From positions 34,038,001-34,102,000 of the forward strand of contig OX597824.1 in the NCBI GenBank assembly GCA_951406725.2: a stretch of 64,000 nucleotides of DNA, given 5' to 3'. Positions 28,147 through 41,756 of the stretch are shown here, one piece after another. Below the pieces are notes generated by a model that ran no database searches, was not told the origin of the DNA, and saw nothing but the letters and a program-made list of their open reading frames with translations. A program made the position numbers and the translations under genes. Numbering within the stretch: position 1 is the first letter of the stretch; every line of letters begins with the position of its first letter. The DNA comes from Octopus vulgaris. Lineage: Eukaryota.

Positions 28147-28454
28147 TGCAGCGTGGAAGGTGTTTGTAAGCCATTTAAGAAACACACAAAAGCCATTCGA
28201 TTCATTTCAACATTTAAGTTTAATTTGTCAAAATATTTTCATCGCTTTAAGACCGTGACCTGTTCACAGACAAAAATCCGTGCTGCATCTTAAAGCGACA
28301 AAAATATTTTGACAAATTAAACTTAAATGTTGAAGTGAATCGAACGGCTTTTGTGTGTTTCTTAAATGGCTTACAAACACATTCCACGCTGCAATTGTTA
28401 TCGTTCCAGCACACGATCTCAGATCAAATCACTTGCTATGCGAGTACATCTCCG

Positions 28455-28457
<3 letters not shown>
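28142..28457. mobile_element. Inverted-repeat hammerhead element in a (TA)n tract (same family as 41553-41756)
   Basis: Arms 28142-28252 / 28288-28398. G3-C8 hammerhead motif on the minus strand at 28224-28274. Confidence 0.85.
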
Positions 28458-28514
<57 letters not shown>

Positions 28515-28524
<10 letters not shown>

Positions 28525-28792
28525 TTAGAGATAAAACCACTATTATGCAACTCAAACAGTGATAGACATAAACCAATACATAAATAACAAATAATATATA
28601 TTTTTATAAGTTATAAGTTATATGTTTTATAAAAATATATATTATTTGTTATTTATGTATTGGCTTATGTCTATCAATGTTATAGTACATAATAGTGGTT
28701 TTATCTCTAATTTATATTTTATATATTTATACTGTGAAATTCGATTTAATACTCAATTGAATTTTCCCCTGTAAGTTTGGAGTTATACTCCC

Positions 28793-28800
<8 letters not shown>
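28515..28800. repeat. AT-rich inverted-repeat element between (TA)n tracts
   Basis: Arms ~28515-28609 / 28627-28720, with the + arm extending to ~28800. No ribozyme core seen. Confidence 0.8.
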
Positions 28801-28842
<42 letters not shown>

Positions 28843-29096
28843 CAATTGAGGATAAAATCTTTAAAAGAAATTATCAGTAGTTAGCGTGAAAAACCTCGTA
28901 AGAGGTTTTGCATTCGGTAAAATTTTGTTTATTTTAGTAGTTTTGACCGCATTGGTCCCTCTTAGCGTGTGGTATCTACGAATAGTAGTACCCTCAATAT
29001 AATATATATATATATATATATACACGTATACATGCATACACACACACGCACATGCACACACATACATTAACACGTGCATGCACATACACACACGCG

Positions 29097-29130
<34 letters not shown>

Positions 29131-29131
<1 letters not shown>

Positions 29132-29389
29132 TAAAAATGGGGAAGGCCAGTTTATGGGATTACCTTAGGTTTTCTGTCCATAAAGGGTTTATCATGAACA
29201 TATTTAGCTTGTCCATAAAGAGCTACACCTGTACATATTTACAGAAACCATGGGTCTCTCATAAATATGGAGCAATTTGAAGTCAGCTACTCCACTTTTT
29301 ATTGGGATCTGATGATATGCCATAAAGCTAAACCCTTTGTGAACCAGAAAAATAAGGGAATCACATAAAGTGACCTTTCCTGTTTTTAA
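29131..29389. mobile_element. Old inverted-repeat element with decayed hammerhead at 29304-29364 (+)
   Basis: Arms ~29131-29191 / 29329-29389. GGGAT-CTGATGA-TATGCCATAAAG-CTAAACC-CTTTGTGAACCA-GAAA..ATCAC. Confidence 0.65.
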
Positions 29390-29596
29390 TATATACTGCT
29401 CTACATCTTAGAGTATGCTTCTTCCCATCAGATTTATGTTTTCTACAAATGATATATATACATACATACATACATATATATATACAGAGATATATACCAT
29501 TCATACATATATATATACATATACATATACATATACATACATATATATATATATATATATACATACATACATACATATAGATATATATATATACAT

Positions 29597-29649
<53 letters not shown>

Positions 29650-29685
29650 TATATATACACATACATACATACATACATACATATA

Positions 29686-30420
29686 AATGCTGGTGACAAA
29701 GGGATTCTCACTCAGAGTAAAAGGTAGACTGAATGACACATATGTGCAAACGGCCATCCTACATGGCAGTGAAACATAGGCCGTGACTGATGAGGGCATG
29801 CATAAGCTCGCAGGGAATGAAACTAGATGTGTAATGTTAGTGTGCATACATGACAGAATGTAAGTACCTTGAGAGAAAAGTTGGACATAAGAAGCATCAG
29901 ATGTGGTTTGCAAGAGAGACAACTGCACTGGTATGGTCATGTGTTGCATATGGATGAGGACAGCTGTGTGAAAAAGTGTGACATTCTAGCAGTAGAAGGA
30001 ACCTGTGGAGGAAGTAGACCCAGGAAGACCTGGGATGAGGTGGTGAAACATGACCTTCAAACATTGGGCCTCACAGAAGAGATGACAAGTGACTGAGACC
30101 TTTGGAGATATGCTGTGCTTGAGAAGACCTGGTAAGCCAAATGAGACTGTATCTGTGGCATATGCCAATGCAGCATAACTGGCCCATTTAAGAGTACCCT
30201 TCAATCATTGGGCAATAAACTGTGCTTGTGAATACCTGTTAAGTCAAGTAAAGTCATTGCCATGGCTGATGACAGTACCGCCTGCTTGGCACCTATCTGG
30301 TGGCAGGTAAAAAGCACCATTCAAGTGTGGTCAATGCCAGTGTCATCTGACTGGTCCCATGCAAGTGGCATGTGAAAAGCACCATTTGAGCATAGTCGTC
30401 ACCAGTGCCACCTAACCTTG
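29686..30420 (+). pseudogene. RTE-clade LINE 3' fragment and tail
   Basis: [43 protein letters not shown]. Confidence 0.85.
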
Positions 30421-32143
30421 TAATAAGAACAGGTCCCATATTTTATGGTTCGCCCTGCTCTTCTCCATAAATGTTAGGATTATATAGGTAGAAGATTCTT
30501 ACACTTATTAGATATTCACTTCCCCAGCAGCCACAGGTATAGAAGGATATTTAATAGGTACACAGTTAAAATCACATTTTCTTGCCTCCTAATGTGATGG
30601 CTTATATCAGTAAACAACCAATGTCTCAGACCTGTCCTGGATGCACATGTGGAGATAAATTTAAATGTCCTCTAGGGCAGGCATATGACATATCTTCCAT
30701 TGTTTATGAAGCACAGGTCTCAGCAAACTATCATTAATGGCCAGACCAAGACCATTATACTGGATCAGTGGAAGGAAAATGTAAATCTAGATATAACAAC
30801 TATATTTCAACCTTTAGACACGTGGAAAAGAGAAACTGACATTTAACAACTCTCTCGGCATTAATTTAGAGACTAAAAGATGAGAACATCTGCTACAACA
30901 TCAAATGGAAGATCCCTTCTAAGTCCAAACCCTAAATCAATTGGTCTAATGATGTTCCATATGCTCACTTGAACAACTGTATTTGTTAAAAGACTTAAGA
31001 ACCCCCAATAACTGTGTAAATACCAGGAGCAAAATTTTTTCTTTATGTCCACATTTCACAAAATACATCTTAGCAGAATATAAGGATAAACTACTGGACA
31101 CATTATGCCAATTATATTTACTGTGAAGTTATTTACGTCCCCTCAGTCTACTTCCCAATGCATGTGTTCATTCAAACATTAATTGCATTGAATGCAGTTT
31201 ATAAATCATCTTGTTGTTTTAACAGCTTGATAAATGGCAAAATAAATTAATATTTCAGCCAGGAAACCCTGGGTAGCTGTGTGTGGCCTAGTAGTTAAGG
31301 TTTTGTACTCAAGATCTTGCAATCATGGTTTTGATTCCTGGACTGGGTAGTGCTTTGTATTCTTGAGCAAAACATTTCGTTTCACATTGCAGGGTTACTC
31401 ATTTTCAGTTGAGATGGATTGGGGAAATGGACTGGCATCCTTTTCAGGGAGAATGTTGTGTTCTTAGTCACTTATACTCTATGGAAACCAGATAACCACC
31501 CCTGTGAGTCCTAGGGGGCCAAGACAGTACAGGAGGGAAGATATAGTGAATTTAATTGGTCATAGTTGTTGTCTGATATTTTGAATTTTTTATTGACTCT
31601 GGAAACCTGAAAAGCAGCGTCAGTTTTTGCAGGATTTCAATTTAAAACATAAATGACTATAACTAAACATTGCAAAGCCAAATTTCTCCAGCAATCCACC
31701 ACCATTACGAAGTTTCAATAGTAGTATGATACTTTGAAATTCAAAAGTTGTGTGGTTAAGAAGCTTGCTTTGTAACCACATGGTTTCAGATTCAGTCCCA
31801 CTGCTTGGCACCATGAGTAAATGTATTCTGTAATAGCCTTAGGTAAACAGATGTGAGTGAATTTGGGAGGAACCTGTGTGGAAACCTGGTGTGTGCATGT
31901 GAGAGTGTGTGTGTAATAATGAAGGCAGGTATGTGCAATATAAAACCAAAAAGGAAAAATTCAGTTATGACTGACGGTGCAGGTTAACACCTACATTGCT
32001 AGAAATAAGAGTTAAAAACCCTTAGAGCTGCAAAAAACTACATGTTTATCTGGTTCTCTCCCCTGTCAGTGCATAGACATGTGCTTTTTTTATTTCTAAC
32101 AATGTAGATACTACTCTGCACCATCAGTCACAATCAATGAGAC

Positions 32144-32196
<53 letters not shown>

Positions 32197-32444
32197 TGTG
32201 TGTGTGTGTGTGTTTGTCCCCATTGCATAGCAGTTTGACAAAAGAGACCTTAAAAGAAATAAGTGTCAGACTTTAAGTAAATCTAAGTACATTGAATCGA
32301 ATTGTTTGAATTAGAATCCTCCAATGTGCTCCAGTATGGCCACAGCTTAATAAGTGAAACAAGTAGACAGAAAAAGATAAATACTGAAATTATTTTTAGG
32401 GTCATAAGATATTGAAATAGTCTTAAACTTTAATATTATTATTT

Positions 32445-32865
32445 TATTCTTTAACTTGCTTCAGTCATTTTACTGTGGCCATGCTGGAGCACTGCCTTAA
32501 AGGTTCTTTTTTAGTCAAAGAAATCAACCCCAAGATTTATTCTTTGTAAGCCTGATACTTATTCTATCAGTCTCTTTTGCCAAACCACTAAATTAAGGCA
32601 GGTAAACAAAATTGGTTGTCAAGCGATGTTTGGGGAACAAATGCAGACACAAAGACACACACACATAAATAGATAGATACATAGATACATAGATACATAC
32701 ATACATACAATGGGCACCTTTCAGTTTCCATCTACCAAATCCACTCACAAGGCTCTGGTCGGCCCTAGGCTATAGTAGAAGACATTTGCCCAAGGTGCCA
32801 CACTATGGAACTGAACCTGGAACCATGTAGTTGGGAAGCAAGCTTCTTACCACACAGCCATGCCT
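32445..32865 (-). mobile_element. SINE family A copy (partial + copies nearby at ~31748-31910 and ~32196-32380)
   Basis: Reverse complement of 1705-2143. Confidence 0.8.
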
Positions 32866-33557
32866 AGTATTATAATAATTAAATATTTTTTGCGAACTCA
32901 AAATATTTATTTCACAGTTACAGTCATGTAAATTTTACGCTGTTTTTGTCAGTGTATTTGAAGAAATTACTTTGTTCAGCTTGTACAGGACATAATTCTT
33001 CTTACTTGATTTAACTGCTTTTATATCCAGTCGGGGGTGCTGCACTCATAAATGTGAGATTGTGATTTCAATTCTTACACCAGCTGTACATTGTGTTCTT
33101 GAGCATTGCTCAGTCCACTCAGCTGTAAATGAGTAACCCTGCAATGGTCTAGCTTTCCAATTGGGAGAATGTTGGCCTGCTTGCCTTGCCAGGGGGCTGG
33201 TATCATTCGAAAGCTCAAATAATGCAAGTAAGTGTATTGTGACCAGCAATGTATAACAACATCCGATAATCTGGTTGATACTGTAATACCTTGATATTTA
33301 ATTAGAAGAGAGAAAGAGTAATATCTATGATTATTGTCATACAGACTGATTAAGTTGATCTTCCACTTAAACTTCTATGGCTGATGCCTATAGTAAAGAA
33401 GTTCCAAGGAGATGATGTTGCAACATGAATGAAACCAAGTATTTAGTTTGAGCTTTAATAAGAGGTCACCAGGCAAGATGATATGCAGAGGGGAGGTAAG
33501 TGCATCATGAGGATATGTAATATACACATTTGGATTGATTCACAGGATTGGTTACGT

Positions 33558-33974
33558 CAGAGCTGGCCAACCTGAGGCCCACAGACTTTTATCTTGATGT
33601 CCAACCCATGCTAGCATGGAAAGCGGACGTTAAACGATGATGATGATGATGATGATGCAGCCCACAGACTTTTATCTTGTATGCAGCCCATAGACTTTTA
33701 TCTTGCAGCCCGCTTGATACTTTCTTGAATGGGTTTATTTAAACAAACATTTTTAAAATTTCATCAAAAATTAAAGACTGTGATGAAAGGTAATAATGGA
33801 AGATATTATTTTTGCAAAGATAATATTTCATGTTGAATCAATGATCATTCATTCATTATTGTAATAATAGCATGAGAAAGTAAAATGCTTTCAATTCTGT
33901 CAGTATACAAGTCGTCCTCAAAAACTTTCTGTGATTAAAGTGGCCTGCAATGTAATTCAAGTTGACCAGGCCTG
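33558..33974. mobile_element. hAT-type MITE with an inserted RTE-tail fragment (33597-33657)
   Basis: Ends CAGAGCTGGCCAACCTG / CAAGTTGACCAGGCCTG. CCCACAGACTTTTATCTTG is repeated around the insert. An 8-bp TSD is not clearly preserved. Confidence 0.55.
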
Positions 33975-34499
33975 GCTATGATAGTGTCTATTCTCAGAGA
34001 GTCTGCAAAAGCCATTGGCTTTTGTCCCTGTTTGCACACTAATAATAAAAATCAAAAAATTTACAGGTTAGTAATTGTAGTAAGCTGGTAATAAAATATT
34101 TATTAATAACCTCAGTGCTTACTATACAAGGTAGTCTCAGATATTTAACACATATAACAGTGTCATTGTCCAGTGGGTTAATGAAGGCACTTGGCTTAGT
34201 GATTAGGGATAGTTGGCTCACAATCATAAGGTTGTGAGTTCAATTCCTGGTAGTATGTTATGCACTTAAGCAAGGCACTTTATTTCACATTGCTCCAGTC
34301 CGCTCAGCTGGCAAAAATGCATTGTACCTGTAATTCAAAGAGCCAGCCTTGTCACATTTTGTTATGCTGAATCTCTTTGAGAACTACGTTACTCTAGAAT
34401 ATTCAGTCACTTGCATGTTAATTTCATGAGCAAGCTGTTCTGTTGATTAGATTGACTGAAAACCTCATCCTTGGAACTGATGATGCCAGTTTTTTTGTC

Positions 34500-34882
34500 T
34501 TTGATTCTTTTATTTGTTCCAGTCATTTGGGCCATGCTGGAGCACTGCCTTTAGTCGAAGAAATTGACCCCAGGACTTATTCTTTGCAAGCCTAGTACTT
34601 ATTCTATCAGTCTCTTTTGCTAAACTGCTAAGTTATGGGGACGTAAACACACCGACAGCAGTTGTCAAGTAATGGGGGGGGGGCAAACACAGACACACAG
34701 ACAATATATATATATATATATATATATACAATAAGCTTCTTTGAGTTTCCACCTACCGAATTCACTCACAAGGCTTCAGTTGGCCTGAGGCTATAGTAGA
34801 AGACACTTGCCCAAGGTGTCACACAGTGGGACTGAACCTGGAACCAAGTGGTTGGGAAGCAAGCTACTTACCACACAGTCAT
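34500..34882 (-). mobile_element. SINE family A copy
   Basis: Reverse complement of family A. Confidence 0.8.
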
Positions 34883-35916
34883 GTGGGTTACAATTATATT
34901 TTATAGGGAAACAGAACAAATGTTTTCTCTTCCAAAGAACAAACCTAAGCTTTGGGATACAAATGTATAGTGACCACGAAACATCATGAGAAATTGTGAG
35001 GATCAGTATTTATAGAATCCTTGAGAGTCTTGGCTGTGTAATGTCCATGTGTTGAGAGAATATGTGGCATTGTGAGATTTATTCATTAATATGAATAATG
35101 ACTGCTTTGGTTCTGAATAAGAAATCTAGATTTTCATTGAACGATGTTTTTGAGACCAATGTTTATAGTTATTTTAGTATGTTGCAGGAAAGAATTGCAA
35201 GATGGGTTCTTCGAGCCAAGCCAACTGACCAGAGACCTAGGAGTAGACAAATAATAAGATGGTTGGATGATATCCAGTCTGTTGGTTGCACTTGAGAATT
35301 CAGCCAGAAAGTGTAATGAAGATTGTTTCTAATATGACCCTTTGGAGAAGACACCTGTGGACTCTGTCCTCACAAACCCTCCCAGGAATAGGAGCAGAGA
35401 AAATGAATGAACAGATGGGTGTCTAGGCTACTTGATATGAAGTCTAGCTTGCATTTTCATGAGAGTAAAGTGCTTGTGACACGAGGTGTGAGGATTACAT
35501 GCAGAATGTTAAAGGGTGGTAAAGGCTGGCCTCATCTGCAATCAAGTGTGACAGGTTAAAAGAAACAGCAACTGGATCATTAATGTGCAGACAAGTGTGG
35601 AAGACATAATCAAACCTTATAGAGCTAGCTCCTACTAAACTATTCAATCTCCCTCTTTCTGTTCAAGGATAATCCCAGCCTTTGGAAATGCATGATATGT
35701 ATCCCATTCCCAGGAAAGTTAACACCTTTGACCATTCAGTAATCACTCTAACATGTCTAAGATGACAGAAACAGCTATCAATAACAACCTTCTCCAACAC
35801 CTTGACTATTTTCCCTTCACCAACGAATAGTAATACAGATTCCATAAAGCAAAATCTACGGAAAATCTATTCTCTTATGTTATATACCAGGAGGTAATTG
35901 GAAAATTTTACACTCA

Positions 35917-36056
35917 ACAGCAACAAAGCATTTGATTACATCTGGTATACAAATCTCCTTAGCAGGCCACCTTTGACCGCCATCCACAGCAGCAAAGCAT
36001 TTGATTACATCTGGGATACAAATCTCCTTAGCAGGCCATCTTTGACTGCCATCCAC
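35917..36056 (+). repeat. 69-bp tandem duplication within a decayed LINE RT relic
   Basis: CAAAGCATTTGATTACATCTGG at 35924 and 35993; translates to SKAFDYIW. Confidence 0.75.
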
Positions 36057-37064
36057 CGCTGTCAGTCACTTCCTACCAAATTTCCCAAGAAAAATATTTA
36101 AAAATTGTTCAAGATTAAAAAGTCAAAATTTTTTTTTTTTAATGGAAAAGGGATACAGAAGAAAGATGCAGGCTTAAAAACCAGGATAGAATGTTATACA
36201 ATTATTGAAATTATTTCTGCTTCCAGGAATGGTAGAGCAGGGATGAAAAGCATAATATTGGTATAAACATGATACAAAAGTAGAAGCGAAATGGTCAATG
36301 GAAGGAGAAAGCTAAAGTAGTTTTTAAAAAATTTTTATTATTGACAATAAAGCAAATACAAGGAGAGAGGAAAACAGCACAACATGAGGATGGGTGCATA
36401 CATGGGTGCTTACTGACTGTGGAGTTACATATATGTTGTATGCATGCAGACGGGTATGTCATCATCTTCATCATCGTCGTCAGCAGCAACAGCATTTAAC
36501 GTTCATTTTCCATGCTGGCATGGATTGGACAGTTTGGTTGGATCCTGTGAGACACAGGGCTGCATGAGTTCAACACCTGAATGCCTTTCCTAACACTAAC
36601 AACTTTGCAGTGTGTATTGGGTGCTTTTTTTTTAGCAGCACCAGCATTAGTGAGGTGACCATGTAATTTGAAAGACAAAGTAAAGAAAGGAAAAGGAAAA
36701 AGATCCCTTCAACTGAGTGGAAGTGTATTTGAGAAATAGGGAGTTGGCTTTCTACCAGGTGTAGAAAGGCTGAAGTGTTATAGACAGGCAAGCACAGACA
36801 TTTTGCTTACTATAGAAGTGATCTGTGGCTAGCTAGCATTATGCAAGGATGAGTGAGAGTAGATGGAAACAAGATAAAGATGGTGGTGACAGGGTACCAG
36901 AGCATACTCACAGGTTGCATAAATCCAAATACAAGGAAGAATATAGAATGGATCAGGAGGGAAGGAAAGGAGGTAGGTAATTTCATAAGAGTGGAGGAAG
37001 AAAGTGACAGATAGAGATGGATGTAGTGGGTAATGAAAAAGACTGGAAATGTAGTTGATGGTAA

Positions 37065-37285
37065 AGGCGGTGAGCTGGCAGAAACGTTAGCATGCCGGGC
37101 GAAATGCGTAGCCATATCTTGTCTGCCGTTACGTTCTGAGCTCAAATTCCGCTGAGGTCGACTTTGCCTTTCATCCTTTCAGGGTCGATAAATTAAGTAC
37201 CAGTTACACACTGGGGTCCATATAATCGATTTAATCCGTTTGTCTGTCCTTGTTTGTCCCCTCTTGTGGGTAGTAAAGAAATAGG
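37065..37285 (+). mobile_element. tRNA-derived SINE family B
   Basis: GGCGGTGAGCTGGCAGAAACGTTAGC..TTCTGAGCTCAAATTCC..GTCGACTTTGCCTTTCATCC. Related copies at ~39636, 39975-40360 (minus, two), 49200-49760, 50585, 54450 and 57700-57892 (minus). Confidence 0.8.
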
Positions 37286-38640
37286 TAAATATCAGTATGG
37301 AGGTGGGGTTGAAGTGAGAGAAATAGAAGTGTCCCAGGAAGGAGGAGGTAACAAGCAGTGGCACAGGAATGGAGAGCAGCAGTATCACATATCTGCGAAC
37401 AGATCAGAAAGTAAGGAGATTATGTGCAGGTGCCTTATAGAGGAGATACATAACTGAAGAAGATAAAAGGGAGGTAGTAATTGGGTGCTAGAGCAAATTC
37501 TCAAACAACAAGAAGGTGAGCATATGAGAGGATATGGACAGAGGGTCATGGGAGCAGATGAGAGAGTGGATAATTTCTTAAGAATGTGACAGGAAGAGTG
37601 ACAGAGGGTTAAAGAACGGGATAGAGGTGAATATAGTAAGTGATGAACAAGGATGGAGGTATGGTTGAAGAGGAATACTAGTATAGAGAGAGGTAAAGTG
37701 TGAGATACAGGAATGGTTGAGGGAGGAGAATAGATGAGAAAGTAGGGGAATAATGTGCAAGGTGTACAGCAGTGAAGAGGGAGATATAGAGGTGCATATG
37801 GGCATGATGATAGCAGTACATAAAAGGGCATTGGGAATAATAGTTGACAAGAGAAGTGTTAAGATTGGAGTATAGCAGAGGAAAGAGAGCAATGGCAGAA
37901 GGCACAGTAAGGAAGTGCTTGGTAGAAATAGTGCAGGCAGAATGATAATGAGGAATGGAAGTGGTTCCAGGGAGGGTGAGGGGAGGAAGGATCGAGGTTG
38001 GCTGGAAGGGAGGGAACGTAATATGTGTTCATTCTGCTTTCAGGTGATTACAGTAGCTGAGTAGTACCATAGGTAGGGGTGTAATAAGTGTTAGGAGATG
38101 AGAATCAGTTGGGTGGGGTGGGGGTAATGCTTGATATGTCAGATAGAAAAGAGAGGGGGCTAGATCCATACCCCATCCCCTCCTGCATGTACAAGTTTAG
38201 CAGGGTGGTTTTAAATAAATGTATGTCTATATATATGTGTGTGTGTGTGTGCATACATATATGTAAGCATACATACATGTGTGTATACATATATCTATAT
38301 ACAGAGATAATGATGTAAATAAATAAACTGCTTCGGTTAGATATATAAAATATGCATATGTATTTACATCTTTATTCAACCAAAACCACTTAGTATGTAC
38401 TAAGCAATCTGAGTGGGGAAGGATGTATATATGTATATTTTATATACCAAGTGCAAGCGGTTTATTTATTTGTTTATTTGCATCATTATCTCCATATCTG
38501 CTCACCCGGATTCCTCTTATAGTCACTTTTTACTCTGCAGACTTAGTCCTTGATAAGGACTTTGGAGTGTAAGTTCCAATCATTTGAGCGCTACTAAGTG
38601 TTCGCTATATTGAGCATCTCTGGATCTCATCAACTGACTT

Positions 38641-38737
<97 letters not shown>

Positions 38738-39974
38738 GTGTGTGTATGTGTGTTTGTACATATGTAAATGTTTATATATTTATCTTATTGTATATATATA
38801 GGGAACAGCTTTTTTTTCTACATGCTTCATTAAATACATGACTATGTTCAAGTTTCGTCTTTTTTATTTTAGATCTTTTTCCTATTTTTTTCAACATTTC
38901 CACGCCTTCACAATCTCATTTTCAAGAAACGAATGTATTTGGTGTCTGTGTTGTTTCTTTATGCTGGTTGAATTATTTTTTGACTTCTCTGCCAAAGGTC
39001 TTTTGATCATTAGCTTCATGCCTCAGCAGTCACATGAACTGTTTGCTGCAATCAAATTTTAACCATTAATAGCCACATGTTCATTTTTTTAATGTGTGTA
39101 TTTGTGTGTTAATTTTGGTAATGTATTGTAACATGAGTGTTTTCCTTAATCTTCTATTTTTAAGTGGAATTTTATGAAGTACTTAAGTATTTTCCTCTAG
39201 TATTTTCTATTCAAGTTTGTTTTGTAGTGTAATGTTATGTAATGGTCAAGTACATGGTGAGCCTATTTGAGAATGTTGTACTCTGTCCAAAGTAAGAGCT
39301 AAAGCCTTCAAGTTGGTAACTTTCAGTTTTACAGTCAAATTTAAATCTCATGTTGGTCATCTGCAATTGTTCTTAAACTCATGTTTGTGGTGTGTTATGA
39401 ATGAGGAGGTTTTTGGTTTTGATGCGTTTGTAGGATATTATTAGCTTTGAGACCAAAGTTGTTATGGGTACACTTAAGGGACAGACTAAACAAATATCAC
39501 AAGGCATTTTGTCCAACACTTTAAAACGATTCAATCAGTCCAACGCCCTAAACAGGCACTAGATCAGAAGTTTTATTTTTCTTTTTTGGAAGGGCAGGAG
39601 TTGATAAATCAAACTTCAGGCTTTGCACCCATTTAGGGCGTTGGAGTGGTAGAACTGTTAGAGTAACAGGCAAAATACTTTGTGTTATTTATTCCAGTTC
39701 TTTTAAATCTGAATTGAGATCCCATCTAGATCAATTTTGCCTTTCATCCTTTTGGGAACTGTAAAATAAATACCAGCTAAGCACAGGTGTGTTGCTGTAA
39801 ATGACTATCCCCAACCTCCTAAATTTGCTGCACTTGTATCTAAATTTGAAATTATTATGCTTGTTCGTAGTAATGTGCTATATATAGTACAGGGTGACAA
39901 CGCTAAGTAATAATGTGTGCAAAGATACAAACTTTTTACTAGTTCAAATGCTTGAAGCATATTCTTTTTTATTC

Positions 39975-40360
39975 TAGGCCAAGGCTCGAAATTTTGGGGG
40001 AAGGGGCGATTCGATTAGATCGACCGCAATACGCAACTGGTACCTAATTTATCAACCCCGAAAGGATGAAAAGCAAAGTCGACCTCGGCAGAATTTGAAC
40101 TTAGAACGTAAAGACAGAAGATATACCTATTTCTTTACTACCCACAAGGGGCTGAACACAGAGAGGACAAACAAGGACAGACAAACGGATTGAGTCGATT
40201 ATATCGACTCCAGTGCGTAACTGGTACTTATTTAATCGACCCCCGCAGGGATGAAAGGCAAAGTCGACCTCGGCGGAATTTGAACTCCGAACGTAAAGGC
40301 AGACGAAATACGGTTACGCATTTCGCCCGGCGTGCTAACGTTTCTGCCAGTTTGCAGCCT
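39975..40360 (-). mobile_element. Two adjacent or nested SINE family B copies
   Basis: GGATGAAA(A/G)GCAAAGTCGACCTCGGC occurs twice. Confidence 0.8.
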
Positions 40361-41552
40361 TATGCTTCAGGCATATTAGAACCCATTCCGATATAATCAT
40401 TGACTATGATATCTAAAAGGTATTTGTAGAAAATTTCCCAACGGCAAAATACAGTGAATGGCTTTCTTACAGGTTCGAATATATCTTTGAACTGGTAACA
40501 AGTCTGTACTATATATAGTAAGCCATACTTAGAGAAGAGTTAGCTATATGAATATATTAATGATTAGTTTACAGGTTTGTTTTATTTTAAATCAAGTTCT
40601 GATGGACATGATTTACTCAGTACGAAAGTTGAGATAGTTAAGAAAGATGGAAAAATAAAAGAAACACATTTAAAAAGAAATGAAAAAGCGGAATGACAAC
40701 AAAAGCTTAAAGGTAGGAAGAAATATTTGGCCACAGGAGTGGATACGTTTAAAAAGTCGGTCCGTTAATTAAGAGGAGAAAACCAGTCTTTGAAGTGCAG
40801 ATGATGCATACCAAATAAGGAAGCGCGATGTGCAAACCTAAAGGAAACGAGAAGTTGTGGACGAGATAAAGTTGGATAAGCCAGAAGTAATCGTAGTAAA
40901 CAATATATGATAATATCAAAATTATAAGAGAAGAAAAATTAGTAGAATATTATAATACGGCGATACGACAACCGAAACGTTGCCTTATAATACATTAATA
41001 AGACATTAAAAAAATGATAGTAGAATTATAGAGATGATTAAAAATAAAGACGATTATAGAAGTGTTTCTATCCGGTTGAGTGTCAACATTAATAGCAAGG
41101 TGAGAGAAAGGAAGAGAGTATGAGATGAAAGAGAAGTGTCGAAGAGAGAGAAAAAAAGTATTAAACAAAATGGTTGCATAAGCTTGTGGGGGAAAAAAAA
41201 CAGAATCTAGTTAGTTGGATGCAGGGAGAGATTTTGTATGATCCATAGGCTTTATGATAGTATCATAAAGAAGATTAATATAAAGATTACTAAAAAATTC
41301 AGTGAAGCGGGGAGTAGAAGTGTTTATATAAAGGGAGATAACTCTCAACGTGCTTCTGGTGTGTCTTTGTAGATCTAATCATTGGTAGTACATATGTACG
41401 AAGGGGCAAGAATATACATATATACACATGCCTGAACGCCCACACACACACACACATATAGGTATAACTATATAGGTGTTCCCCACCACATCGAATTTGT
41501 TTCCTCATAACTTTCAGAAAAATGGATTTTTAAAAGAAATATTCTACAAATA

Positions 41553-41756
41553 CAACAGCACGGATTTTTGTCAGTGAACAGGTCGCGGTCTTAAAGCGAC
41601 GAAAATATTTTGACAAATTAAACTTAAATGTTGAAGTGAATCGAACGGCTTTAGTGTGTTTCTTAAATGGCTTACAAACACCTTCCAGGCTGCAATTGTT
41701 TTCGTTTCAGCACACGATCTCAGATCAAATCACTTGCTATGCAAGTACATCTCCGT
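41553..41756 (+). mobile_element. ~204-bp hammerhead-bearing non-autonomous retroelement with 15-bp TSD
   Basis: AATATTCTACAAATA at 41538-41552 and 41757-41771. Body nearly identical to the 28142-28457 family. Confidence 0.88.
41567..41617 (+). ncRNA. Minimal type I hammerhead motif, G3-C8 variant
   Basis: TTTGTCA-GTGAACA-G-GTCGC-GGTCTTAAA-GCGAC-GAAA-ATAT-T-T-TGACAAA. Stem I 7 bp, stem II 5 bp, stem III palindrome AATATT. Confidence 0.8.

Noticed and set aside
40470-40715. Possible + strand exons after TTACAG acceptors
   Set aside because: In-frame stops occur before the plausible donor and no product is recognisable.
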